Shown here: one piece after another, positions 19,035 to 27,726 of the stretch
How positions within the stretch are numbered: the stretch's first letter is position 1
Layout: the number at the start of each line of letters is the position of its first letter
DNA from: Veillonellales bacterium
GTDB taxonomy: Bacteria; Bacillota; Negativicutes; JAAYSF01
Assembly: GCA_039680175.1 (NCBI GenBank)
Contig: JBDKTO010000026.1
Span: forward strand, 2,721 to 66,720
Direction: 5' to 3'
DNA length: 64,000 nt
The notes under the pieces: model-generated
Databases searched by the model: none
What the model saw: the letters and a program-made list of their open reading frames with translations, nothing else
What the model was told of the DNA's origin: nothing
Program-made: the position numbers and the translations under genes

Positions 19035-20098
19035 TAAAACTTCCGTTTCTTGTTTGCATTCTTCATCAGCCGACGTGCATTTTTCCTGCCGCCGACGTCG
19101 GCGAACATCACGGACAGCTTTTCCTCCTCGATCTGGCGCGAATTCATGCCGGCATAGCGGGATTCCTGCCGCAGCTTGCGCCACGAATTCAACCTTGCTG
19201 CCGACAGCCGCCCATCTGCCACCGCCTGCAATACCGCACAATCCGGCTCCTGTTCATGGGAACAATTACTGAAACGGCAATCGGCAGACAGTTCAGTGAT
19301 GTCGGCGAAAGCAGACGCCATGTCCGCTCCTTCAAGAGCCAGTTCTCGCATTCCCGGTGTATCAATGACGATACCGCCTCCCGGCAGTATGAACATCTCG
19401 CGGCGGGTTGTTGTGTGCCGGCCTTTACCGTCCCTGCGAAGATCCCCGCTGACCAGTTCATCACTTTCCAGCAGCCGATTGATCAGCGTAGACTTGCCAA
19501 CGCCGGACGAACCGATAAAAGCCACAGTCCTGCCCGGCTCCAGATATTCTTTTAATGCTGCGGCACTGTCTTTCTCCAGACTGGACACTGGCAACACCGC
19601 CGCGCCACAGGTGCTGTGCGAAATTTCAACCAGCCTGGCCGGCAAGTCATCGCACAGGTCGGACTTGGTGAGCACTACCACCGGCAGTGCACCACTGTCC
19701 CAAACCAGGCTTAGATAGCGTTCCAGCCGCCGGGGATTGTAATCGCTGTTTAGGGCCATACAAATAAATACTGTGTCCAGATTGGCGGCTATCATCTGTT
19801 CTTGCCCTGCCGTTCCGGCTGCCCGTCGGATCAAAGCGCTATGCCGCGGCAACACTTTCCCGATCAATGCCGGATCGTCGGCTCCATGGTCCAGCAGTAC
19901 GAAATCACCTACTGCCGGAAAGTCTGCCGGCCGTAACGCCGTATGACGCAACCGTCCGGCGACAACAGCCATCACCGCTCCCGTCTCTGTCAGGACCTTA
20001 TACCTATCCCGATATTGCGCCGCTACTCGGCCGACCACAGCACAGTTTTCGGCGGCCTCAGGCGGGACCTCGCTTAACCCTAAATATTTCAAATCCAT
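19034..20098 (-). CDS. rsgA: Ribosome small-subunit-dependent GTPase A (RsgA/YjeQ family)
   Basis: It has TKSDL, GSSGVGKSTLINRL, GRHTTT, DTPGMRE and the zinc knuckle CRFSNCSHEQEPDCAV. The start is taken at MDLKYLGL; the track ORF extends to 20164. Confidence 0.85.
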   Translation of the reverse strand: MDLKYLGLSEVPPEAAENCAVVGRVAAQYRDRYKVLTETGAVMAVVAGRLRHTALRPADFPAVGDFVLLDHGADDPALIGKVLPRHSALIRRAAGTAGQEQMIAANLDTVFICMALNSDYNPRRLERYLSLVWDSGALPVVVLTKSDLCDDLPARLVEISHSTCGAAVLPVSSLEKDSAAALKEYLEPGRTVAFIGSSGVGKSTLINRLLESDELVSGDLRRDGKGRHTTTRREMFILPGGGIVIDTPGMRELALEGADMASAFADITELSADCRFSNCSHEQEPDCAVLQAVADGRLSAARLNSWRKLRQESRYAGMNSRQIEEEKLSVMFADVGGRKNARRLMKNANKKRKF

Positions 20099-20292
20099 CT
20101 CGTTCACACCCTTGCGAGTTAGACCGATCGTGTCAAAATACATCCCTTTTTCCACGTCCATCATGGCATTCTGCCAAAACGGACGCAGCGCTTCGGGAAC
20201 ACCTGCCTCAAATTCCGGCTATCCATCTGCTCATCTCCCCCCTAACTCGCAGTATAGCATATCTCTTTGTCACTGGCTGTCTCCATCTTGTC

Positions 20293-20337
20293 TCGGAAAA
20301 GAAAAAGAGCCGGGAGGAACATCTTCCTTCCGGCTCT
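20293..20337 (-). terminator. Intrinsic terminator downstream of the CD3324-like gene
   Basis: On the minus strand: AGAGCCGGAAGGAA / TTCCTCCCGGCTCT stem (one G-U pair), followed by TTTTTCTTTTC. Confidence 0.75.
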
Positions 20338-20341
20338 GTGC

Positions 20342-20614
20342 CTATTCTGTGCCTTGCTTTGCCACAATCTTGTACACTGTCTTCGGTGACAAGTAGTATA
20401 CTTCCGCTAGTTGGCGTACGGATGCGCCGTTTTGGTATTGCCGACGGATCGCCGCATTGCGGCACAGGGTAATTTGCCGGCTTGCCGTGCCTTCGCCCCA
20501 AGTGCGCTGGCAACCTTCCCGGCGCGGAACATATAGATATTCGCCGTCGACGTATTCCTGAATGGCCTGCAGCAATTCTTCCGGCAATACGTCCTTGGCC
20601 GTCTTGTAGCCCAT
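20342..20614 (-). CDS. Small HTH protein, CD3324-family-like
   Basis: The pattern LPEELLQAIQEYVDGEYLYVPRxxxxxxxWGE...RN..I...Y..G.S..QLAE.YYLSPKTVYKIV matches my memory of the ~90-aa clostridial CD3324 family. Confidence 0.6.
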   Translation of the reverse strand: MGYKTAKDVLPEELLQAIQEYVDGEYLYVPRREGCQRTWGEGTASRQITLCRNAAIRRQYQNGASVRQLAEVYYLSPKTVYKIVAKQGTE

Positions 20615-20867
20615 GCCGCTCCCTCCTGAATTTCACTTAGGATTGAGCAAAGGCCATCACAAGTTTTATAGTTCGCTGCGACAGCCTTTGCTACGCACGA
20701 ACCACAGACTCCAGCATACTGATAAGTCATTCTTCCTTTCCTTATATTATACCAATATGATATTCATTTTAGGCGTGGCTGTCAATAATCTGCTATTTTA
20801 TTCGTCAACGCAGAAGAAATGGAGACAGGGAGAAGGTTTTTTAAAACAGAATTCCCTCAGGAACGAG

Positions 20868-20916
20868 GTCGAGTAGAAGCGCACCGTGAGATATGCTTCT
20901 ACTCGACTTTTGTTTT
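20868..20916 (+). terminator. Orphan plus-strand intrinsic terminator
   Basis: A perfect 13-bp stem (GTCGAGTAGAAGC / GCTTCTACTCGAC), a 14-nt loop, then TTTTGTTTT. No credible plus-strand gene lies upstream. Confidence 0.6.
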
Positions 20917-21070
20917 CGGTAAAAATATTACTGGTTTTGTTGTCAGCTATTTTTTAAAATTTTCGGGGATAGTTTCTTGCTTGTCATAGGAAAACATTTG
21001 TAAATGTAGAAAATATAGATAAAAGCGTAGTTCCTTGTCATTTTTTTGTTGAGGTGAAAGTAGGGATGCT

Positions 21071-21366
21071 ATGAACAGGAATGAGACGGTCAGAAGTGTC
21101 GGGCTGGCGGCGCTGCTGCATGATGTGGGGGGAATTTGCTACCGTGCTGGCGACAGCAGTCAGGAGCACTCGATATTAGGGAAAAAATTCATGTAGCCTT
21201 TTTACAAGTTGTTGACGATGGAACCATTTTAGATTCCATTGCCATTCATCACAGCGGGCATCTGAAAAGAACTGACAATAGACGGATAAAAGTGTTTTTC
21301 CATATACAATTACAATTAAGCAATAAAAAGGTAAAGCCAGTCATTGATGAAGTAATATATGGGTAG
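21071..21366 (+). pseudogene. cas10/csm1 N-terminal HD-domain remnant (frameshifted and truncated)
   Basis: MNRNETVRSVGLAALLHDVGGICYRAGDSSQEHSILGKKF, then a stop. After a 1-nt shift in an A6 run (21182-21187) the reading continues FLQVVDDGTILDSIAIHHSGHL. This resembles the start of staphylococcal Csm1 as I remember it (LLHDIGKIIYRSGD..HSKLGHQFL...VLDNVAYHH). It ends at the rhuM start. Confidence 0.5.
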
Positions 21367-21369
21367 GAG

Positions 21370-22404
21370 GTGAAACCGCAGGTGGACAATAAAAAGCTGC
21401 AAATTCGCAACAGTACGGTTGATTTTCTGGTTTTTACAAAGGACTCCGGTGAGGATTCCATAGAAGTTCGTGTCCAGAACGGCGATGTGTGGCTGGTCCA
21501 AAAAGCGATTGCACAATTATTTGATGTAGATCGTAGCGTCATTACAAAGCATTTAAAAAATGTCCTTGAGAGCGGTGAGCTTGACAAAAAATCAACTTGT
21601 GCAAATTTTGCACAAGTTGCGGACAACGGCAAAACCTATCAGTATAAGTATTATTCGTTGGCTGCAATTATAGCGGTGGGCTATCGGGTGAATTCACAGC
21701 GTGCCACACAGTTCCGGCAGTGGGCAACAAAGGTATTGGATGCTTTCGCAAAACAGGGCTATGTGTTGGACAAGAACCGCTTGATAAACGGACAGATCTT
21801 CGATGAGGAATACTTCGACCACTTGATTTCTGAAATTCAGGAGATCAGAGCCAGTGAAAGACGCTTCTATCAAAAGATTACTGATATCTATGCAACGGCG
21901 GTGGACTATTCCCTTGACAGCCAGATCACCCATGATTTCTTTGCTACAGTGCAAAACAAAATGCACTATGCCGTTCATGGTAATACGGCAGCGGAAGTGA
22001 TTGTGGGACGTGCTGACCACAGTAAGGACAATATGGGATTGACTACATGGAAGAATGCACCTGCCGGAAAAATTGTGAAAGCAGATGTTTCTATCGCAAA
22101 GAATTATCTTTCCCAAGACGAGATGCAGGAACTGAACGAGATAGTAACCATGTACCTTGATTATGCTACACGGCAGGCAAGGCGGCACATTCCCATGACT
22201 ATGGCTGATTGGGCAAGTAAGCTGGAGGCTTTCCTGAAATTCAATGATGCAGAGATATTGCAGGATAAAGGTAAGGTTACGTCAGAAATAGCAAAAGCCT
22301 TTGCAGAAAGCGAGTTTGAGAAATACCGTGTTTTGCAGGACAAGCACTATCAGAGCGATTTTGACAGGCTGATTGCTGAAAGTGGAATGGGTGAGAAAGA
22401 CTGA
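21370..22404 (+). CDS. rhuM: RhuM-family protein (Virulence_RhuM domain)
   Basis: IEVRVQNGDVWLVQKAIAQLF, YYSLAAIIAVGYRVNSQRATQFRQWATKVL and ASERRFYQKITDIYATAVDY are characteristic. The start is GTG behind a GGTAGGAGG RBS. Confidence 0.85.
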   Translation: MKPQVDNKKLQIRNSTVDFLVFTKDSGEDSIEVRVQNGDVWLVQKAIAQLFDVDRSVITKHLKNVLESGELDKKSTCANFAQVADNGKTYQYKYYSLAAIIAVGYRVNSQRATQFRQWATKVLDAFAKQGYVLDKNRLINGQIFDEEYFDHLISEIQEIRASERRFYQKITDIYATAVDYSLDSQITHDFFATVQNKMHYAVHGNTAAEVIVGRADHSKDNMGLTTWKNAPAGKIVKADVSIAKNYLSQDEMQELNEIVTMYLDYATRQARRHIPMTMADWASKLEAFLKFNDAEILQDKGKVTSEIAKAFAESEFEKYRVLQDKHYQSDFDRLIAESGMGEKD

Positions 22405-22507
22405 TAATTTTGGTAAGACTTTGTTTTTGTCAATCCTCCCCAAATTCTTATCGGGATCAAGGGGACGCTCTTTTTGCTTCCCTGCCTTACAGCTTAAAAG
22501 TGAATTT

Positions 22508-23608
22508 TTAAATATTGTTATATTTCTTCGGCAGACTGAAATAAAAAGTCGCTCCTTTATTGACGGCGCCGGTGATCCAAGCTTTGCCGCGGTGCCGTTT
22601 CACTATTTTCCGGCTGATGGCCAGGCCGACGCCGGATCCTTCGAATTCATTGCCGGAGTGGAGCCGCTGAAAGACTTTAAACAAGCGGGAAGAATAGCGC
22701 ATGTCAAAGCCGGCGCCGTTGTCCTTCACGGAAATGATATATTCGGCATTGTTTTCGGCGGCCGCGATTTCTATTTTTGGCTTCTCGGTACGGCGGGTAT
22801 ATTTCAAGGCATTGGAAAGAATATTGGCGATCAGCAGTTTGAGCATGACAGGATCTCCCCGGACAGCCGGCAGCGGATTGATCGTACATTCTATTTGCCT
22901 TGGCGCTTCCAGCTTCAGGAGTTCGCTATATACTTCCCGGAATAAGGATTCTAAAGGGATCATTGCGATGTTCATTTCCATTTCGCTCATGCGGGAAAAT
23001 TCCAGCAAATGATCGATAATGTTGATGACTTCTTTCGACTTTTCCCGGATGTTGGCGATCAGTTCATGACCGTCGCTGTCCAGCTTCATTCCATAGTCGG
23101 CAGCCAGATATTCGCTGAGCTTGCCGATTGACAGCAAGGGGGCTTTTAAATCATGGGAAACGGAATAGCAGAAGCTGTCCAGTTCCCGGTTGGCCTGCAG
23201 CAGGGATTCGGTTTGTTTTTTCAATTTGATATGGGTGTGGACCCGGGCCAGCAGTTCCGAGATGTTGAAGGGCTTGACCACATAATCCTGAGCACCCAGA
23301 TCAAAACCTTTTTTGATGCTGTCCTCATCATTGCTGGAGGTTAAAAAGATAACGGGGATACTGCTGCAATCGGGATCGCTTTTCAGTCGGCTGCAGACTT
23401 CGAAGCCGTTCATTTCCGGCATATAGACATCCAGCAGAATCAAGTCGGGCCGGTGCTGGTGAATTAACTTTAATGCGGTGCCGCCTTTTGTGGCAATCCT
23501 GATTTTAAAATTGTTATCCCGGAGTACCGATACGGCCGATTCTATATCTTCCGGCGTATCATCCACCAGGAGTATTTCCGGTGACTGAGGCGCTTGAGTA
23601 TATTCCAA
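22508..23608 (-). CDS. Receiver-domain-regulated histidine kinase (REC-HisKA-HATPase_c)
   Basis: N-terminal REC (ILLVDDTPEDIE, LILLDVYMPEMNG, KPF). H-box SHDLKAPLLSI. G-boxes DNGAGFD and GSGVGLAISRKIV. Confidence 0.88.
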   Translation of the reverse strand: MEYTQAPQSPEILLVDDTPEDIESAVSVLRDNNFKIRIATKGGTALKLIHQHRPDLILLDVYMPEMNGFEVCSRLKSDPDCSSIPVIFLTSSNDEDSIKKGFDLGAQDYVVKPFNISELLARVHTHIKLKKQTESLLQANRELDSFCYSVSHDLKAPLLSIGKLSEYLAADYGMKLDSDGHELIANIREKSKEVINIIDHLLEFSRMSEMEMNIAMIPLESLFREVYSELLKLEAPRQIECTINPLPAVRGDPVMLKLLIANILSNALKYTRRTEKPKIEIAAAENNAEYIISVKDNGAGFDMRYSSRLFKVFQRLHSGNEFEGSGVGLAISRKIVKRHRGKAWITGAVNKGATFYFSLPKKYNNI

Positions 23609-23787
23609 AGGGTACCATCTCCATTATTTTCTTTATTGCTACATAAATTGTAAAGGAGACTGCCGTTAAAAACAAGAGTCCACATTTTATATGACCGGGC
23701 AAATGTTTCTGAAACAGTAAAGGGAAATCGTTGCGATAAAGGGAATTATTATGTAAGGTTATATTTACAGTTTACAGGAGAAATAAG

Positions 23788-26772
23788 ATGAAAATTCCGC
23801 TCAAGTCAAAGCTTGCTATTGTAATGTTAGCCATTATCATGGTTAGCTTATTATTGCTGACGGTTGTTACCTATTGGCAGTTTAACCAGGTGATTGAAAC
23901 CGAACTCATTGATACGATGGCGGCTCGTACCAGAGAATCGGCGAACCATATCAATACCTGTCTGTCAGGGCAATTGGGAGAAGTGCGTGAGACGGTAAAC
24001 AGCCCGGTGATTGATCGTGTTTTAAAATTAAATCCTCAACTTGATTTGAAGCGAAACGATGAATCGATTCGTTTAATCGACGAACTGAATTTAGCCCGCT
24101 GGAAATATGTTTCTGACGCCTATCCCCATCAGTATGCGGCTTTGCATATTGTTAATTACTTAAAGCCGGATGAGTGGGGCAATCCGGGGGATTTAGGCAA
24201 GCTTACGGCCCGTTATTATAATATACAGGAAGGGATTTGTAAAACCGATCTTTGGGCCAAAGCCGGTGCAGAGGAGGCCGGAGAAAGGTATGCAAAAACA
24301 GGGGAAGTTTATGATGCCATATTCAAGCCGGCCTATTCCCAGGCTTACGGCAGGAATATGGTGTTGATGGTGGCCTGGCGCAAGGACAGTCAGGGGAAGA
24401 CGTTAGCCGGTGCCGCCGCCAGCCTGACGATTGAGACGATACAGCAAATTGCCCAGCAGGCGAATTTCGGCAAAAAGGGATATGAGATTTTATTAGCCCG
24501 GGATGGTACTTTCGTAACGCATCCCAACCCGGAATGGGCGATGAAGGAAAAAGCGTCTTCTGTCGCCGATGAAAATATGCGAAAGCTGGGCGAGCTGGCG
24601 GCAAGGGCGGAACCGGGAATATTTCGCTATGTGGAAGGCGGCGCGAAGAAGATTGCTTTTTATAATCCTATCCCGGTTGCCGGCTGGACATTAGTCAGCG
24701 TTATCGACGAAAATGAATTATTCGTGCCGGCCAATAAATTACTGGTTCATATGCTGGCAATTATCGCTATTATTATTATATTTACGCTGATGTCCGTCTA
24801 TATTGCGTCTTTAATTGTGAATCTCCGGCGCAGCCATGCGGCCCGGGAAGAATTAAAAAAGCGCAATGTGGAATTAAATAGGACTAAAGAACGGCTGGGG
24901 CGGCAAAACATAGAATTAGCGGAAGCCCAGCAGCATCTTTTAAGCCTGGACCGGCTGAAGGACGAGTTTCTGGCAAAGGTTTCCCATGAATTGAAAACAC
25001 CGCTGCACGGGGTTATTGGGCTGGCGGAATGCACCAGAGATACGCTGCAGGAGCAATCACCGGCGGAATTGGCGGATAATCTGGATATGATTGTAAAAAG
25101 CGGCATAAGGCTGGCCAATCTGGTGGATGAGATTGTGGATTTTTCGGTTTTAAAAAATAACCAGCTGCGATTAAAGCAGGGGCCGGTTCAGCTTAGGGAT
25201 CTTGTCCAAATGGTTATCACCCTGGAGCGATTTTTAGTAAAAAATAAAAAGATTGAATTAAAAAATTGTGTCTCTCCCGATTTGCCGCCTGTTTATGCCG
25301 ACAGTGAACGATTAATGCAGGTTCTGCACAATCTTGTCCGCAATGCCATTAAGTTTACCGATGCGGGGCTTGTATCCGTGGCGGCAGATTTAGCAGGGGA
25401 CAGCATACGCATTTCCGTTTGCGATACGGGGATTGGGATTCCGCAGTCGCGGCTGGAGTCGATTTTTACGCCTTTTGTCCAGGAGGACTCTGCCGACGGA
25501 AAGCTTTATGGCGGTTTAGGTTTAGGACTTTCGATTTCCAAGAGTCTGCTGGAACTGCATGACAGTGTGCTTTCCGTTGCTTCGCAGCCGGGGGAAGGCT
25601 CCTGCTTCAGTTTTGTCCTGCCCCAATGGCATGGCGAAGACGATGGAACAGAGCCGATCAGTCCCCCTATTGCCATGATTTCCGGCGGCGAGCAAACCGA
25701 AGCGGCGATAGCGGCAGCGACGGGCAAGACGGAGGAAGACGCCGAGAAATCGCAGCCCGGGGGGAAAAGAATATTAGTGGTGGACGATGAAGAAATCAAT
25801 CTTGCCGTCGTAAAAAACTGCTTCTATGGGATGGATTACCGGGTGGTTTGTGCAAAAGACGGGGAAGCCGCTTTGACGGAAATTGCCGCTCATGACTATA
25901 ACCTGGTCCTGCTCGACATGATGATGCCGGGTCTCAACGGACTGGAGGTCTGTCGGCGAATCAGGGGAAAATATTCGGAGCATGCTCTGCCGGTTATTAT
26001 GATAACGGTCCGCAACCGTCCGGAGGACATTGAAGTCGCTTTTCTGGCAAAGGCCAATGATTATATTGCAAAGCCCTTTCATAAAAAGGAATTACTGGCC
26101 AGGGTGCAGGCGCAACTGCGATTGCAGGAAGTTTCTGAAACGGAGCGCCGGATTTATCAGGCGGAGATTTCCGCCCTGCAGGCCCAGATTCAGCCCCACT
26201 TTCTCTACAATACGTTGAATACGGTTATTGCCTTCTGCCGGAAGGATCCGGGAAAAGCGGCGGAGATGCTGGGAGAGCTAAGTAATTATCTGCAGAATAA
26301 GTTCCGGTTCAACAATATGGCGCTGATCCCCCTGGAACAAGAACTGGATTTGATTCAATCCTATTTGGCTATTGAACAGGTCCGGTTTGGCAAACGGCTG
26401 CAAGTCGCTTTTTCCATAGAAACCGACGCCAACCCACTCATGCCGCCCCTTATTCTCCAACCGCTGGTGGAAAATGCCGTCAAGCACGGCGTTTATCCCA
26501 AACGGGAAGGCGGGACTGTACGGATTACGATTCAAAAGGCAGAAAAAGAAACGGTTATCGTCGTGGCGGACGACGGGGTCGGCATGGCGCCGGGACAGCT
26601 GTCACGCTTGCTGAATGACAGGGATGCCCAGGAGGTGGGAATCGGCCTCCGCAACATTCAGAAAAGGCTGCAGAAGCATTACGGCCGCGGACTGGATATT
26701 CAAAGCGAAATCGGCAGGGGAACAACAATTACCGTAAGAATTCCCGACGATCGAGGTGAAGCTGATGATTAA
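23788..26772 (+). CDS. Multidomain sensor: Cache-like periplasmic domain, TM, HisKA-HATPase_c, REC, then LytS/YesM-type His_kinase with a second HATPase
   Basis: Two TM segments flank a periplasmic domain of about 290 aa. First H-box SHELKTPLHG, with DTGIGIP/GGLGLGLSISK. REC has VVDDEE, LLDMMMPGLNG and AKPF. Second kinase has QPHFLYNTLNTV, LILQPLVENAVKHG, DDGVGM and GIGLRNIQKRL. Confidence 0.88.
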   Translation: MKIPLKSKLAIVMLAIIMVSLLLLTVVTYWQFNQVIETELIDTMAARTRESANHINTCLSGQLGEVRETVNSPVIDRVLKLNPQLDLKRNDESIRLIDELNLARWKYVSDAYPHQYAALHIVNYLKPDEWGNPGDLGKLTARYYNIQEGICKTDLWAKAGAEEAGERYAKTGEVYDAIFKPAYSQAYGRNMVLMVAWRKDSQGKTLAGAAASLTIETIQQIAQQANFGKKGYEILLARDGTFVTHPNPEWAMKEKASSVADENMRKLGELAARAEPGIFRYVEGGAKKIAFYNPIPVAGWTLVSVIDENELFVPANKLLVHMLAIIAIIIIFTLMSVYIASLIVNLRRSHAAREELKKRNVELNRTKERLGRQNIELAEAQQHLLSLDRLKDEFLAKVSHELKTPLHGVIGLAECTRDTLQEQSPAELADNLDMIVKSGIRLANLVDEIVDFSVLKNNQLRLKQGPVQLRDLVQMVITLERFLVKNKKIELKNCVSPDLPPVYADSERLMQVLHNLVRNAIKFTDAGLVSVAADLAGDSIRISVCDTGIGIPQSRLESIFTPFVQEDSADGKLYGGLGLGLSISKSLLELHDSVLSVASQPGEGSCFSFVLPQWHGEDDGTEPISPPIAMISGGEQTEAAIAAATGKTEEDAEKSQPGGKRILVVDDEEINLAVVKNCFYGMDYRVVCAKDGEAALTEIAAHDYNLVLLDMMMPGLNGLEVCRRIRGKYSEHALPVIMITVRNRPEDIEVAFLAKANDYIAKPFHKKELLARVQAQLRLQEVSETERRIYQAEISALQAQIQPHFLYNTLNTVIAFCRKDPGKAAEMLGELSNYLQNKFRFNNMALIPLEQELDLIQSYLAIEQVRFGKRLQVAFSIETDANPLMPPLILQPLVENAVKHGVYPKREGGTVRITIQKAEKETVIVVADDGVGMAPGQLSRLLNDRDAQEVGIGLRNIQKRLQKHYGRGLDIQSEIGRGTTITVRIPDDRGEADD

Positions 26773-27523
26773 TACGATTGTAATTGACGATGAAGAAATA
26801 GCGGTAGAGCAGCTGGAATATCTGCTGGAGCACTATCCGGAGATCGATGTTCGGGCCGCCTTTACCGATCCGGTGACTGCTTTGGAGAAAGTTCACTTGT
26901 ATCAGCCGGATTTGATTTTCCTGGACATTAAGATGCCGGAGATCAGCGGCCTTGTTATGGCTGAGGAGATCATGCGGCTCCTGCCGGAAACCTATATCGT
27001 ATTTGTCACGGCCTATGACGAGTATGCGCTGAAAGCATTTGATTACAATGCCATTGATTATATTTTAAAACCCGTTTCGCTGAAGCGGATTGACCGAACG
27101 ATTCAAAAAGTGCTGACCAATTTGCGCGGCGGCAAGGCGAAAACGACATTGGCCGCTAAGTTTTCAAAAATCAGAAAAATGGCCGGCGGTTTTAACAACA
27201 TCATTGCGGTGGAAGATGCCGGCAAAATTATTCTGCTGAATCCGGCGGATGTGATCATGTTCACTCCCCGGGGGCACGGTGCGATTATTCACACGGGAAC
27301 AAAAGCGTATCACACAAAGCAATCCATGAATTATTGGGAGGAACGGTTAGCGGAATTTAATTTTTTCCGCTGCCACAAGAGTTATTTAGTTAACTTTAAC
27401 CGGATTGAAAAAATCCTGCCAATGTTTAATAATACGTATTTGCTTAAAATTGCTGATTATTCTACGGAAATTCCGGTCAGCCGAAATAAAGCGAAAGAGC
27501 TTACTCAAATCTTGGGCCTGTAA
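26765..27523 (+). CDS. LytR/AlgR-family response regulator (REC plus LytTR DNA-binding domain)
   Basis: VIDDEE, IFLDIKMPEISG and FFRCHKSYLVNFNRIE. An 8-nt overlap (ATGATTAA) with the kinase stop. Confidence 0.9.
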   Translation: MINTIVIDDEEIAVEQLEYLLEHYPEIDVRAAFTDPVTALEKVHLYQPDLIFLDIKMPEISGLVMAEEIMRLLPETYIVFVTAYDEYALKAFDYNAIDYILKPVSLKRIDRTIQKVLTNLRGGKAKTTLAAKFSKIRKMAGGFNNIIAVEDAGKIILLNPADVIMFTPRGHGAIIHTGTKAYHTKQSMNYWEERLAEFNFFRCHKSYLVNFNRIEKILPMFNNTYLLKIADYSTEIPVSRNKAKELTQILGL

Positions 27524-27545
27524 ACAGGCCCAAGATTTTTTTTTC
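27511..27545 (+). terminator. Intrinsic terminator after the LytTR regulator
   Basis: CTTGGGCCTG / CAGGCCCAAG stem with the stop codon in the loop, followed by a T10 run. Confidence 0.85.
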
Positions 27546-27726
27546 GGGTGCGATATTCGTCAGCCAATTACCAATTACCAATTACCGAAAGACCGCGTAA
27601 GCGGTCTTTCTTGCATATGACAGTTAAATTCAAAAAACGACATAAAAATGCAAATTGATAGAAAAAAATGAATAGTTGCTCTATGCTGTGAGTAAACCCA
27701 ATCATTCACAGAAAGAAGGAGTTATT

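Noticed and set aside
18815-20472. Long plus-strand ORFs (18815-19555 at 246 aa, 19176-19718 at 180 aa, 19867-20472 at 201 aa) opposite rsgA.
   Set aside because: The translations are Pro/Arg/Ser-rich. The ORFs overlap one another in different frames and lie antisense to a gene with unmistakable RsgA motifs. They are explained by the locally high GC content.
20613-20916. An 87-aa ORF (20613-20876) and a 56-aa ORF (METGRRFF...) in the AT-rich gap.
   Set aside because: Neither has an RBS. The first starts inside the promoter region of the minus-strand HTH gene, and the second reads straight through the terminator hairpin. Both translations are low-complexity.
20700-21070. A possible degenerate CRISPR array next to the cas10 stub.
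   Set aside because: Reading the 370 bp on both strands shows no repeated 24-40-nt unit. There is only AT-rich unique sequence.
27563-27586. A triple tandem heptamer, (CCAATTA)x3, between two hairpins downstream of the LytTR regulator.
   Set aside because: It has only three short AT-rich units, and I noticed no second copy elsewhere in the window. It is most likely a slippage microsatellite with no evident function.
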